The translations under genes were made by a program, and so were the position numbers. The notes under the pieces are model-generated. The model saw only the letters and a list, made by a program, of their open reading frames with translations, did no database searches and had not been told where the DNA came from. This document shows, piece after piece, positions 22,491 through 33,059 of a stretch of DNA of 48,476 bases (position 1 is the stretch's first letter; each line of letters opens with the position of its first letter). This DNA is from Gammaproteobacteria bacterium (GTDB lineage Bacteria > Pseudomonadota > Gammaproteobacteria > UBA4575), in NCBI GenBank assembly GCA_965221955.1, contig CBDCTA010000006.1, positions 1 through 48,476 of the forward strand. The letters are read 5' to 3'.

Positions 22491-22536
22491 CACTTCTGCC
22501 TTAGGCTTGAATCCACTAGGTACTGTGAATATAGGT

Positions 22537-23820
22537 TTACTCACGTATATTGCCATCTCCCAAAACAATAAACTTCTGCGTAGTTAAACCTTCAAGGCCT
22601 ACAGGTCCTCTAGCATGCAATTTATCTGTGCTAATTCCAATCTCGGCGCCTAAACCATACTCAAACCCATCTGCAAAACGTGTAGAAGCATTTACCATCA
22701 CCGAGCTGGAATCCACTTCACGTAAAAATTGCTGAGCGACCTCCTGATTATTCGTAACAATGGTATCAGTATGGTGCGAACCATATTTTTCAATGTGCTG
22801 CATTGCCTGAGAAAGTCCATCAACTACCTTTATTGCTAACACTGGGCCCAAATATTCTTCATACCAGTCTTCTTCACTTGCACTCGCTACATCTGTAAGG
22901 ATTTTTTGTGTTTCAGAACAGCCTCTCAACTCTACTTGTTTCTCAGCAAATCTTTTTTGCAATTCAGGTAAGATTTTGTTTGCTAGTTCCTTATCAATTA
23001 ATAGCGTTTCCATAGCATTGCATACACCAAACCGCTGTGCCTTGGCATTTACTGCAATCTCAATTGCCATATCTGGGTCAGCATCTTCATGAATATAGAC
23101 ATGGCATACTCCATCCAAATGTTTAATCAATGGAATACGCGACTCTTGTATAATTTTTTCAATCAGACCCTTACCACCACGTGGAATCACGATATTGATC
23201 GATTCATCTGCATGTAATAATTCTGTTACAGCATCTCGGTCGGCTGTAGTAATTACTTGCACAATATCTTTTGATAGGCCGGCTTTTTCTAAACCACGAT
23301 GGATACAACTTGCGATCGCTTGATTAGAATGTATCGCTTCAGAACCACCTCTTAAAATCGTTACATTGCCAGATTTAATACATAAAGCTGCTGCATCCGC
23401 AGTTACATTAGGACGAGACTCATAAATAATAAGGATCACACCAATTGGCACGCGCATCTTGCCAACCTGTATTCCCGAAGGACGAGTTTCCATTGCAGTG
23501 GTTTCACCAACTGGATCAGGCAATTCACTTACTTGCACCAAACCTTCTGCCATCGCCTCAATACGTGCATCCGTCAGCTCTAAACGGTCTAGTAAAGCGC
23601 TTGCAAGCCCTCGTTCTCTACCTGCTTGTAAGTCAAGTTCATTTTTATTTTTCAACTCTTTACGAGAAACCAAAATCTCATCAGCAATATAATGTAATGC
23701 CTTGTTTTTAATTTCACTGCTAGCAGCAGCTATTTCAGCACGCACATTCATTGCGCGCTGCGTTACGTCATCAATATAATTTTTAATAGATGATGTTTGT
23801 TTAGATACTGCAATATTCAT
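22537..23820 (-). CDS. proA: Gamma-glutamyl phosphate reductase
   Basis: [36 protein letters not shown] and [10 protein letters not shown]. Confidence 0.97.
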   Translation of the reverse strand: MNIAVSKQTSSIKNYIDDVTQRAMNVRAEIAAASSEIKNKALHYIADEILVSRKELKNKNELDLQAGRERGLASALLDRLELTDARIEAMAEGLVQVSELPDPVGETTAMETRPSGIQVGKMRVPIGVILIIYESRPNVTADAAALCIKSGNVTILRGGSEAIHSNQAIASCIHRGLEKAGLSKDIVQVITTADRDAVTELLHADESINIVIPRGGKGLIEKIIQESRIPLIKHLDGVCHVYIHEDADPDMAIEIAVNAKAQRFGVCNAMETLLIDKELANKILPELQKRFAEKQVELRGCSETQKILTDVASASEEDWYEEYLGPVLAIKVVDGLSQAMQHIEKYGSHHTDTIVTNNQEVAQQFLREVDSSSVMVNASTRFADGFEYGLGAEIGISTDKLHARGPVGLEGLTTQKFIVLGDGNIRE

Positions 23821-23830
23821 AATGATAAAA

Positions 23831-24832
23831 TTAAACGGCTATTCGTGTAGCTATACTTAATTGTAATAACTCGCGCCACGGATCCCCATAGGCACGCCCC
23901 TTGATTACACGATCAACTCGGGCACATTGTTTTAATAAGTCTGATGTTTTTGATGTATCTATAGCAGAGCATACATCTGTGTTTTTCCGATGCATCATAC
24001 TTATTTTTTGTAAAGAATTCATTTTTCCAGCAGTTGAAATTGATCTATCTGGTTTGCTCTCTAACAGTTTTCTGACTTGCTCAGTGAGACCCCATAACAA
24101 CAATGGAGGCGCAACATCCTCTTTTTTCAAACCTTCTATAATGCGAATAATTTTCGCAACATCACCTTTCAACACGACACCCATTAGTTCATTAAGCGAA
24201 TAACGACTACTGTTGCTTAAAATAGCTTGGATATTTTTAATATCTAAATTCTTATTCTCACTTACCAAAGAAATTTTTTCTATCTCTTGCATAGCAGCAA
24301 GCAAATTTCCTTCAACTTGTTGAGTAATAAATTCAACAACGTCATTGCTTGCATTTAGTCCTCGAACACGTAGTTTCTGCTGTAACCACCTGCGCGTTTC
24401 CATTTCATCTAATGGCCAAACACGCAATATCATGCCTATTTTATCTAAAGCTTTAACCCAAGCTGAATTCATTGCACTACGATCTAATCTTGGCACTTGC
24501 ACCATCAACATCACATCTTCGTGTATATTTTCAACAAAGCTTATAATGGCCTTAGAACCAGCAGCACCTGGTTTACCATTAGGGATACGCAGATCAATTA
24601 ATGTGCGTTCACCAAACAAGGACATATTATTTTTTTCCTGTTCGAGTTCAGACCAATCAAAACCTGTTTCAACCATTAGCACTTTGCGCTCGCTAAAGCC
24701 AAGCTCTTTAGCACGCGCGCGATACATATCACTTGCCAACATGTGTTGATAGGGCTCATCCCCGCTCACCAACAAAGGTGTAATTGAGGGTTTCGCTAAC
24801 CTATCTTTTAAGTTCGAAAAACGGATTTGCAT
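23831..24832 (-). CDS. holA: DNA polymerase III delta subunit
   Basis: LVSGDEP, SLFGER and [14 protein letters not shown]. Confidence 0.92.
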   Translation of the reverse strand: MQIRFSNLKDRLAKPSITPLLVSGDEPYQHMLASDMYRARAKELGFSERKVLMVETGFDWSELEQEKNNMSLFGERTLIDLRIPNGKPGAAGSKAIISFVENIHEDVMLMVQVPRLDRSAMNSAWVKALDKIGMILRVWPLDEMETRRWLQQKLRVRGLNASNDVVEFITQQVEGNLLAAMQEIEKISLVSENKNLDIKNIQAILSNSSRYSLNELMGVVLKGDVAKIIRIIEGLKKEDVAPPLLLWGLTEQVRKLLESKPDRSISTAGKMNSLQKISMMHRKNTDVCSAIDTSKTSDLLKQCARVDRVIKGRAYGDPWRELLQLSIATRIAV

Positions 24833-25010
24833 CAGCGCAGATTAAAGTGTTTCAGTAGAAATTATCACCATATATCGCAAGGCATATGATAGCCGATGAA
24901 CGGCACAATGGCCTAGATTAAGCGATTGCCAATTATCATTATATATACCTGGAATACCCTACACTATTTCTTGGGAAAATATAGCTATTTAGCAAGAAAA
25001 ATCGAGAGAA

Positions 25011-27539
25011 ATGTCCGAACCTAGTCTACAAGAAATTTACGATCATAATGGCCATTTAGACTATGACAAAGTAGTCGAAATTGTTCATATCAATCTAAAA
25101 AATTTTCTTATCGCAATCTTAAACGAAAGCTTTACTTTGGCTGCGGATGATAATTACCGTATCCAAATTGTCGACATTGACCGTAAAACACGTGATCAAG
25201 CATTTGATATATTTTTAGAGCGTAAACATGTGGTCAGCTCTGAGTTTTATGTTGAACTAGAATCGCGATTTTATACATCGAACTCTGTAGTCATGCATTC
25301 TCTCATTTCTGATCAAGGTAAGCTTCAAACAATTGATACTGATGTAATTGAACTGGCATTAGCAATAGACAATCTTGTTGACCGCAGTGTTGCTCGCCAT
25401 GAAAAATTGATTAAACAATTAAGCCTTCAATTAGAAGAGTTATCTTTTCTTTCACACCAAGAATTTAATGTCAATTGTTTACACCCTCAGGATTTTTATA
25501 AATTATTTCAAAATTGCATTGCCCCATTAGACACCCCTGCTGATGGAAAAATTCTTATTATTAAATTGCTTTACCAGAATATTTCACCAAACTTAAATGA
25601 CTTTTACTTAGCAATGCATCAATTTTTACTCGATATAGATATTCATGCCATTGAACAAAACAGTCAAAACGCTGATACGCAAGATGTGGCACTAGAAGAT
25701 AGCGATGACACTTTAAGCTCTTCGATTTTAAGCATGTCTACAGGGCAATTTTATGCACCCGTAGAACAAGAGACCTGGAATCAAGAGTTTAATGCGCAAC
25801 ATGATCCTGTAGGCGAACAATTAGATCGCACCCCTAAGATTCTAGAAACTGAGATCATCGATGAAGTTGCCATGGATGTCTATGGTCCCGGACAAACTGG
25901 ATTAGACGAAACAACCGTGAGCTTATTGCTTCAACCTTACAGTCCAGGGACACAATCTAATTCTTCTCCTGCACAAAGACGCCAATTTGTACGGGCACTT
26001 TCAAGAGTTCAAAAAGTAGAAACTGCAAGCAATGCTATTTTCCAAGCAAATCAAATTAAAACTGCAGTTCAAAGAACTCTGCATGAAAAAGGCGCACTCG
26101 ATGCAGTTGAAATCGTCAATAATGAAGAAAAGGTGATTGACTTTGTTAGTAATATTTTTCAAGTAATATTAGATGATGATTCTCTATGCGATGCAATTAA
26201 AGCGCTTCTAGCAAGATTGCAAATTTCTACCATCAAACTTGCATTAATTGACTTTACTTTTTTTCAAAATTCAAAGCATCCAGCAAGACTACTACTAAAC
26301 AAGTTAACCTCTATCGGTGTAAGTGTCACCGGAAAAGAAGGCTTATTATTTAAAAAACTTGAATCGATAGTAAAAAACATCACAGATAATTTCGATACTA
26401 ATGTAGAAGTATTTGCACAAGCTTTAGATGAGATTCAAAAAATTGACACTGAATCGTTACAGCAACAAAACTCAAAAAATGAGCTAGATAGAAATAAACA
26501 TAAGCTAAAATCTCAACGTTCTGCCGCAAAACGGGTAGTTATCCATACTATAAAGAAATTTGCGAAAGACAAAGAGATTCCCAACCCTATGCTCGAATTC
26601 TGCCTGAAGTGCTGGGCTCCACATATGGCTTATATCTATATGAATCATGGCAGGTCTACTCGAGAGTGGCGCAACGCTGTACGCACTTTGCGCAGAATAT
26701 TTGAGGTCTCCCAAGGCATACATTCACTGCATGAGGTGAGTCAGTACATTCATAGTCCAGAAGACTTTTTCGAAAATATACGTAGTGATCTAGAACACCT
26801 TTCAAACAAAAGCGGAGAATTTGAAGAAATATTGGAAGAAGCCGAAGTTTGGTATTTAACCTACTTAAGAAAAATTGAACAAGAAGTTGAAGAATTTGAA
26901 CATCAATCGGTTGATGAAGAAATTGTATACATTGAAGAACAAGATAATGTTCAAGATAACTTAATACAGCTGTTTAAAAACTTATCTAGTGCTCCAGAAA
27001 CGGCAACAGAAAAATCAGAAGAGAACAGGCAAGTTGAAGAACCTAATGAAGCTTCGAAATCAAAAAACAGCCATAATGAAGAAGGTCTCGAAATAAGCTT
27101 AGAAAAAACTACAGACGAAGAAAAAGTATCAGTAAGCACTTCAATAGATAAGGTCGATTCTGAAGTAGCAGCAGCGCCTGAAGAGGTTGAACAAGAAGAA
27201 ACTGAACCTGAAGAAGACGAGCCTGAAGTGGAACCAGAGCTTACAATTGCTGAACATCTCCCCGAAAGCATTGTACCTGGAGTATGGCTGGAAATTTTCC
27301 AGGGTGATGATAAAGCTAAACGTAGACTTAAGTTCTCCAGCGCCGATACTGAAACCAAGCAGCTATTTTTTACAGATCGTTCTGGCGATTATCGCTTCGA
27401 GATTGACCTTGAAACATTCCTAGATGATTTATCTACTGGAAGAAGCAATCTGATCAGCGAAAGCAATCGCTTTGATTTAGCTTTGAGTTCGGTAATCAGC
27501 AACATTCGTACAAGTCAAGATAAAGCTGGCACAAGCTAG
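25011..27539 (+). CDS. DUF1631-family helical protein with acidic linker
   Basis: LLARLQI..IKLAL.D.TFF....HPAR.LLN; C-terminal G.WLEI...RLK...FTDRSG...FD.AL domain. Confidence 0.75.
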   Translation: MSEPSLQEIYDHNGHLDYDKVVEIVHINLKNFLIAILNESFTLAADDNYRIQIVDIDRKTRDQAFDIFLERKHVVSSEFYVELESRFYTSNSVVMHSLISDQGKLQTIDTDVIELALAIDNLVDRSVARHEKLIKQLSLQLEELSFLSHQEFNVNCLHPQDFYKLFQNCIAPLDTPADGKILIIKLLYQNISPNLNDFYLAMHQFLLDIDIHAIEQNSQNADTQDVALEDSDDTLSSSILSMSTGQFYAPVEQETWNQEFNAQHDPVGEQLDRTPKILETEIIDEVAMDVYGPGQTGLDETTVSLLLQPYSPGTQSNSSPAQRRQFVRALSRVQKVETASNAIFQANQIKTAVQRTLHEKGALDAVEIVNNEEKVIDFVSNIFQVILDDDSLCDAIKALLARLQISTIKLALIDFTFFQNSKHPARLLLNKLTSIGVSVTGKEGLLFKKLESIVKNITDNFDTNVEVFAQALDEIQKIDTESLQQQNSKNELDRNKHKLKSQRSAAKRVVIHTIKKFAKDKEIPNPMLEFCLKCWAPHMAYIYMNHGRSTREWRNAVRTLRRIFEVSQGIHSLHEVSQYIHSPEDFFENIRSDLEHLSNKSGEFEEILEEAEVWYLTYLRKIEQEVEEFEHQSVDEEIVYIEEQDNVQDNLIQLFKNLSSAPETATEKSEENRQVEEPNEASKSKNSHNEEGLEISLEKTTDEEKVSVSTSIDKVDSEVAAAPEEVEQEETEPEEDEPEVEPELTIAEHLPESIVPGVWLEIFQGDDKAKRRLKFSSADTETKQLFFTDRSGDYRFEIDLETFLDDLSTGRSNLISESNRFDLALSSVISNIRTSQDKAGTS

Positions 27540-27562
27540 CTGCAAATAAGAACAGTTAATAA

Positions 27563-27586
27563 AAACTCTCAAACTTTTGAGTGTTT
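27563..27586. terminator. Weak hairpin after the DUF1631 gene
   Basis: AAAC-T-CTCAA/TTGAG-T-GTTT imperfect inverted repeat. Confidence 0.25.
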
Positions 27587-27629
27587 CTGCTAAGCTTTGA
27601 CAAGCTTAACCTTCAAAATTTTATTTAAT

Positions 27630-28511
27630 ATGAAAACACAGCGAATCGGCCTAATCGGATTAGGTATCATGGGCATACCTATGGCGAAAAATTTATTGCG
27701 GGCAGGCTACTCTCTTGGCCTCTATGCACGCAACTCACAAGCTACTCAAGCTTTTACTACTGAAGATAATATTGAAATTTATAACAGCCCTGCAGAATTA
27801 GCCCAGCATTGTGATACCACCATTACCTGTGTGTCAGATAGTCCTGATGTGGCTGAAGTTGTGAGCGGAAACAATGGTGTAATCCACGGTGCACAAGCAG
27901 GTCATTTGCTTATTGATATGAGCACCATCTCTCCTGAAATCACTCGGTCACTCGCGCAACAACTTGCTGATAAAAATATAGATATGCTGGACGCACCTGT
28001 TTCGGGCGGCGAAGTCGGTGCGATCGATGGAACTCTATCCATTATGGTGGGCGGCAGTACAGATGCATTTACCCGCGCCTTGCCTATACTTCAAGTTTTA
28101 GGTGAAAATATTGTACATGTTGGTGACCATGGTGCTGGGCAAGTCGCTAAAGCCTGTAATCAAATTTTAGCCGCACAAACTATTTCTGCAGTCGCAGAAG
28201 CTTTGTTATTGGCCAAATCTTCAAATGTAGACCCTGGCAAAGTCAGAGAGGCGTTGCTTGGAGGGTTTGCTAACAGCAAAGTATTAGATCTGCATGGCAA
28301 AAGAATGTTAGAGGATAATTATAAACCGGGCTTCAAAGCATCATTACATCTTAAAGATATGAGAATTGCATTGAACAGTGCTGAAAATAATAATATTTCA
28401 ATGCCTGGTGCAAAAATGGCAGAGCAATACTTGAAAAAAGTGGTTGATAAAGGGAACGGAGAATTAGATTCTTCTGCAATTGCAAAAGTAATCTTTAACG
28501 AGATTACTTAA
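27630..28511 (+). CDS. Beta-hydroxyacid dehydrogenase (2-hydroxy-3-oxopropionate reductase / GarR-GlxR-like)
   Basis: IGLIGLGIMG.PMA.NL, DAPVSGG and GAGQVAKACNQ; ATG at 27630 preferred as start. Confidence 0.88.
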   Translation: MKTQRIGLIGLGIMGIPMAKNLLRAGYSLGLYARNSQATQAFTTEDNIEIYNSPAELAQHCDTTITCVSDSPDVAEVVSGNNGVIHGAQAGHLLIDMSTISPEITRSLAQQLADKNIDMLDAPVSGGEVGAIDGTLSIMVGGSTDAFTRALPILQVLGENIVHVGDHGAGQVAKACNQILAAQTISAVAEALLLAKSSNVDPGKVREALLGGFANSKVLDLHGKRMLEDNYKPGFKASLHLKDMRIALNSAENNNISMPGAKMAEQYLKKVVDKGNGELDSSAIAKVIFNEIT

Positions 28512-28521
28512 TATGTTTTTT

Positions 28522-29007
28522 CTAGATCGTCTGCAGTCTATAAACGATTGATTTTGCAGCATCGTTGCGCATTTCATTAAAGAGATCTTGTTCTTCTTCA
28601 TTCGCTCCTAACAAATCGCTTTTATCAAAAACAAAGTCGCGATTCAGATTAATGGTTTGCTTCTTAAGCAAACTACTATTATCAGGCCTTTTAACTTCAT
28701 AAGTTATTTTCAGTAACAATTCATACTCACGTGCCTTACCATCATTATCTAGGGTAAGCACTTCTCTTTCGGTTTCTTCATTTAATATATGTAGAAAAGC
28801 AGTAGCCTTTTCTGCTTCAACAACATTGATTTTATTAGAGCGGAGATTTTTTTCTAGTAAACGTATTAACTCTTTACTAGAGGACGTTGCTTGCACATGT
28901 GTGTTACTCACTTCATTGCTATATTCACCTTGGCCAGCCAAATGAAATCCGCAGCCACACATCAGCAATAAAATATAAAATACAAAAATATATTTAATTT
29001 TATACAT
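28522..29007 (-). CDS. lptE: LPS assembly lipoprotein LptE
   Basis: Lipobox followed by CGFHL; directly downstream of leuS. Confidence 0.9.
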   Translation of the reverse strand: MYKIKYIFVFYILLLMCGCGFHLAGQGEYSNEVSNTHVQATSSSKELIRLLEKNLRSNKINVVEAEKATAFLHILNEETEREVLTLDNDGKAREYELLLKITYEVKRPDNSSLLKKQTINLNRDFVFDKSDLLGANEEEQDLFNEMRNDAAKSIVYRLQTI

Positions 29008-29023
29008 TTAAATTGTCTTTACC

Positions 29024-31495
29024 TTATTTGACTACTATATTGACCAATCTTCCTGGTACAACAATGACCTTAACTACATTTTTATCTTCAATAGACCGAT
29101 TTACATTTTCATCATTTAGTGCTACAGCTTCAATCTGTTGCTGATCCGCATGACTCGCTACACTGATGGTAGCACGCTTTTTACCATTCACTTGCACCAC
29201 AAGCTCAATACTGTCTTTTTTAAGCGCATCAGGATCGACTTTAGGCCATTGTACTTGGTGAATTGCCTGAGTATGGCCTAATTTATTCCATAACTCATGA
29301 CACACGTGTGGAACAATAGGCGATAGCATTAATACAATAGCGTCTAAAGCTTCTTGATACACTGCTTGACCTTGTGAAGAGTCATCGTCAAATTTTTGCA
29401 GCTCGTTGCTTAATTCCATATTTGCCGCAATAGCTGTATTAAAGGTATAACGCCTACCAATATCATCGGTCACTTTTTTTATCGTTTCATGCACCTTGCG
29501 CCGTAAATTACTCTGGCTTTCGCTTAATTCTAAAACTGTAATATCGTTGTTCTCTTTTGCATTGTGCTTAAAAATCTCAACCATTCGCCATAGTTTACTA
29601 ATAAATCGGTATGCACCTTCAACCGCAGTATCTGACCACTCAAGCGAGTGATCAGGTGGAGCTGCAAACATCACAAATAAACGTACCGTATCCGCGCCAT
29701 ATTTATTAATTAATTCTTCCGGATCAACAGTATTTCCTTTTGACTTTGACATTTTTGCACCATCTTTTAACACCATCCCTTGAGTTAAAAGGTTTTTAAA
29801 GGGCTCATCAAATTTATACAGTCCTTGGTCACGTATCAGTTTATTAAAAAATCTTGCATACAATAAATGCAATACTGCATGCTCAATGCCACCAATATAT
29901 TGGTCAACAGGCATCCAGTATTCCGCACGTTGATCCAACATTTCTTCATCATTATCTACGCAACAATAACGCACAAAATACCAGCTTGATTCAAAAAAAG
30001 TATCAAAAGTATCAGTTTCTCTTTTTGCTGCAGCATTACAATTTGGACAATTAACGTTTATAAATTCATCCAAAGTGTTTAGTGGAGAACTTGCACCATC
30101 AAAATCAATATCTTCTGGGAGCAACACTGGAAGATCTTGTTCCGGCACTGGAACGGAACCACAGGTATCACAATGAATCATTGGAATTGGGCAACCCCAA
30201 TAACGTTGACGTGAAACTCCCCAATCACGCAATCGATAGTTGATTTGTTTAACGCCCTTTCCTTGCCCTTCCAAATATTCAGCAATTTTCTCAAAGGCTT
30301 GCTGTGAACTTAAACCATCAAACTGTTCTGAATTAAATAACCAGCCCTTTTCTATGAAGGCTGCATTAGAAACATCTACATTGTTACCTGCTTTTTCTTC
30401 TGTAATAACAGGTTTAATCTCTAAATTGTATTTGCTAGCAAACTCCCAGTCTCGTTGATCATGAGCGGGTACCGACATTACAGCACCAGAACCGTATTCA
30501 ATCAGTACAAAATTTGCGATCCATACTGGAACTTTTTCATTAGTGACCGGGTGTATCGCAAATAAACCTGTATCGATACCTTGTTTTTCCAGGGTGCTAA
30601 TTTCAGCTTCAGAAACTTTGCTTTGCTTACAACTGCGAATAAATTCAGCCACAGCTTGAGAATTTTCAGCTGCATGTTGTGCAAGTGTATGTTCAGGTGC
30701 AATCGCTACATACGTTACCCCCATTAACGTATCCGGGCGCGTAGTATAAACACTAATAGATTCATGACTACCACCTTGGGAATCCTCTATAGCAAAAGTA
30801 ATCTCTACCCCTTCAGAACGTCCCACCCAATTATTTTGCATGGTTTTTACTTGCTCTGGCCAACCATCAAGCTGCTCAAGATCATTTAATAATTCATCCG
30901 CATAAGCGGTGATTTTTAAAAACCATTGCTCAATTTCTTTGCGTTCAACGATTGCACCTGAACGCCATCCTCGACCATCAATGACTTGTTCGTTTGCAAG
31001 TACGGTTTGATCTACTGGGTCCCAATTTACAGTAGCTTTCTTTTTATATACCAAGCCTTTCTCATATAACTTAGTAAAAAACCATTGTTCCCAGCGGTAA
31101 TACTTAGGATGACAAGTTGCTAATTCACGATCCCAATCATAAGCAAACCCTAAACGCTTAAGCTGAGCGCGCATGTAGTCAATATTTTCATACGTCCATT
31201 TAGCCGGCGGAACTTTATTTTTAATTGCAGCATTTTCTGCCGGTAAGCCAAATGCGTCCCAACCCATCGGTTGCATTACATTTTTGCCTTGCATGCGTTG
31301 ATAACGACTGATGACATCACCAATGGTGTAGTTGCGTACATGCCCCATATGCAAGCGACCACTTGGATATGGAAACATAGATAAACAATAGAACTTTTCT
31401 AGTTGGCTATTTTCAACCGCTTTAAAAGCTTTCCGCGCCTCCCATGTCGCTTGAACAGAACGTTCAATTTCTTGGGGATTGTATGAATCAGTCAT
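29024..31495 (-). CDS. leuS: Leucine--tRNA ligase
   Basis: [18 protein letters not shown] editing motif and KMSKS. Confidence 0.98.
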   Translation of the reverse strand: MTDSYNPQEIERSVQATWEARKAFKAVENSQLEKFYCLSMFPYPSGRLHMGHVRNYTIGDVISRYQRMQGKNVMQPMGWDAFGLPAENAAIKNKVPPAKWTYENIDYMRAQLKRLGFAYDWDRELATCHPKYYRWEQWFFTKLYEKGLVYKKKATVNWDPVDQTVLANEQVIDGRGWRSGAIVERKEIEQWFLKITAYADELLNDLEQLDGWPEQVKTMQNNWVGRSEGVEITFAIEDSQGGSHESISVYTTRPDTLMGVTYVAIAPEHTLAQHAAENSQAVAEFIRSCKQSKVSEAEISTLEKQGIDTGLFAIHPVTNEKVPVWIANFVLIEYGSGAVMSVPAHDQRDWEFASKYNLEIKPVITEEKAGNNVDVSNAAFIEKGWLFNSEQFDGLSSQQAFEKIAEYLEGQGKGVKQINYRLRDWGVSRQRYWGCPIPMIHCDTCGSVPVPEQDLPVLLPEDIDFDGASSPLNTLDEFINVNCPNCNAAAKRETDTFDTFFESSWYFVRYCCVDNDEEMLDQRAEYWMPVDQYIGGIEHAVLHLLYARFFNKLIRDQGLYKFDEPFKNLLTQGMVLKDGAKMSKSKGNTVDPEELINKYGADTVRLFVMFAAPPDHSLEWSDTAVEGAYRFISKLWRMVEIFKHNAKENNDITVLELSESQSNLRRKVHETIKKVTDDIGRRYTFNTAIAANMELSNELQKFDDDSSQGQAVYQEALDAIVLMLSPIVPHVCHELWNKLGHTQAIHQVQWPKVDPDALKKDSIELVVQVNGKKRATISVASHADQQQIEAVALNDENVNRSIEDKNVVKVIVVPGRLVNIVVK

Positions 31496-31631
31496 GATGA
31501 GTCGTTAGAAGTACGCCAAAAGCGTGCAAGCATAACAGCTAGAATCCATTGATCTCAATATATAAATAAACACGGAATGATATAGATGAAACCACTCATT
31601 ATGAAGAGCAGTTTATAGAGATTAAGACTTT

Positions 31632-33050
31632 TTAACGCCCATATACGTCATCAAATCGCTCAATATCATCTTCACCCAAATAGGTGCCTGACTGAACCTC
31701 GATGAGTTCGAGAGGAATTTTGCCTGGATTCTCTAAACGATGCTTAGTACCCACTGGAATGTATGTTGACTCATTTTCACTAAGCAAAAATTCTTCTTCT
31801 CCTCGAGTTACTCTTGCAGTACCTTTCACCACGATCCAATGTTCAGCTCGGTGATGATGCATTTGCAGCGATAATTTTTGCAAAGGGCTCACTGTTATCC
31901 GCTTCACCTGAAATCGGTCTTCTATATCAATGGTTTCATAGGCTCCCCATGGACGATACACTTTAGGGTGAATATCTACCTCATCACGTTTTGCTTGCCT
32001 TAATCGATTGACGATTTCTTTTACATCTTGTGCACGATCACGAGGTGCCACCAATACTGCATCTGCAGTTTCAACAATTACCTGATCCTTTACACCTACT
32101 GCAGCAACAAGGCGATTGCTTGCATGAATAAAGCAACCATCACAATCTTCTTCCACCACATCACCATGAGTAGCATTATTATCATGATCACGTTCAAATG
32201 ATTCCCATAAAGCATGCCATGAACCGACATCACTCCAACCACTATCTAATGGTACTACAGCAGCCTTATCTGTTTTTTCCATTACCGCATAATCCACAGA
32301 TATATTTGGCGCACTCGCAAAAGACGCTTCATCCAAACGGATAAAATCTAAATCCTTTTCAGCGTTCTCATATGCTTGCTCACATGCACGATATATTTCG
32401 GGTTGATGCTGCTGTATTTCTTGCAAGAAAAGTTCAGCACGAAATAGAAACATGCCGCTATTCCAAACATAGTTCCCGCTCTTTATATAAGACTTTGCAG
32501 TTTCATAATCTGGTTTTTCAACAAACTCTGTTACCGAAAAAGCATTCTCAGAAATTTTATTTTGATCGTGTTTAATGTAACCATAGCCTATTTCAACACG
32601 TGAAGGTACAACTCCAAAAGTGACTAAATTATTCTTTGCAGCTTGAGAAGCTTGCTGAACAGCAGAAAAAAACTTTTGCTTATCACCAAGTATATGATCA
32701 GCAGGCAATACCAGTAGACATGCATCAGAAGTTTTATTCATCGCATGCATGGCAGCAATGGTTACCGCGGGCGCTGTATTGCGGCCGACAGGCTCTAAAA
32801 TAATGTCTGAATTTTCTATATTTAATAATCGTGTTTGCTCGGCAGCCATGAATCGATGTTCATCGTTACATATCGTTACTATATTCTCGACACCGTCCAA
32901 TCCAGAGATCCGTTCAAGAGTAGTTTGATACAAACTTTTATCACCCTGCAAAGGAATAAATTGTTTAGGATAAAGCTTTCTTGAAAGTGGCCACAACCGA
33001 GAACCGGAACCGCCAGATAAAATAATAGGTATAAGTGAAGTAGATGACAT
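31632..33050 (-). CDS. manC: Mannose-1-phosphate guanylyltransferase / mannose-6-phosphate isomerase
   Basis: LSGGSGSRLWPLSR..PKQF, FVEKP, WSDVGSW; C-terminal cupin (RPWG, HHHRAEHW). Confidence 0.95.
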   Translation of the reverse strand: MSSTSLIPIILSGGSGSRLWPLSRKLYPKQFIPLQGDKSLYQTTLERISGLDGVENIVTICNDEHRFMAAEQTRLLNIENSDIILEPVGRNTAPAVTIAAMHAMNKTSDACLLVLPADHILGDKQKFFSAVQQASQAAKNNLVTFGVVPSRVEIGYGYIKHDQNKISENAFSVTEFVEKPDYETAKSYIKSGNYVWNSGMFLFRAELFLQEIQQHQPEIYRACEQAYENAEKDLDFIRLDEASFASAPNISVDYAVMEKTDKAAVVPLDSGWSDVGSWHALWESFERDHDNNATHGDVVEEDCDGCFIHASNRLVAAVGVKDQVIVETADAVLVAPRDRAQDVKEIVNRLRQAKRDEVDIHPKVYRPWGAYETIDIEDRFQVKRITVSPLQKLSLQMHHHRAEHWIVVKGTARVTRGEEEFLLSENESTYIPVGTKHRLENPGKIPLELIEVQSGTYLGEDDIERFDDVYGR

Positions 33051-33059
33051 TTATTATTT

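Noticed and set aside
22344-22571. 75-aa + strand ORF with internal repeats
   Set aside because: Antisense by-product of the nadD 5' repeats.
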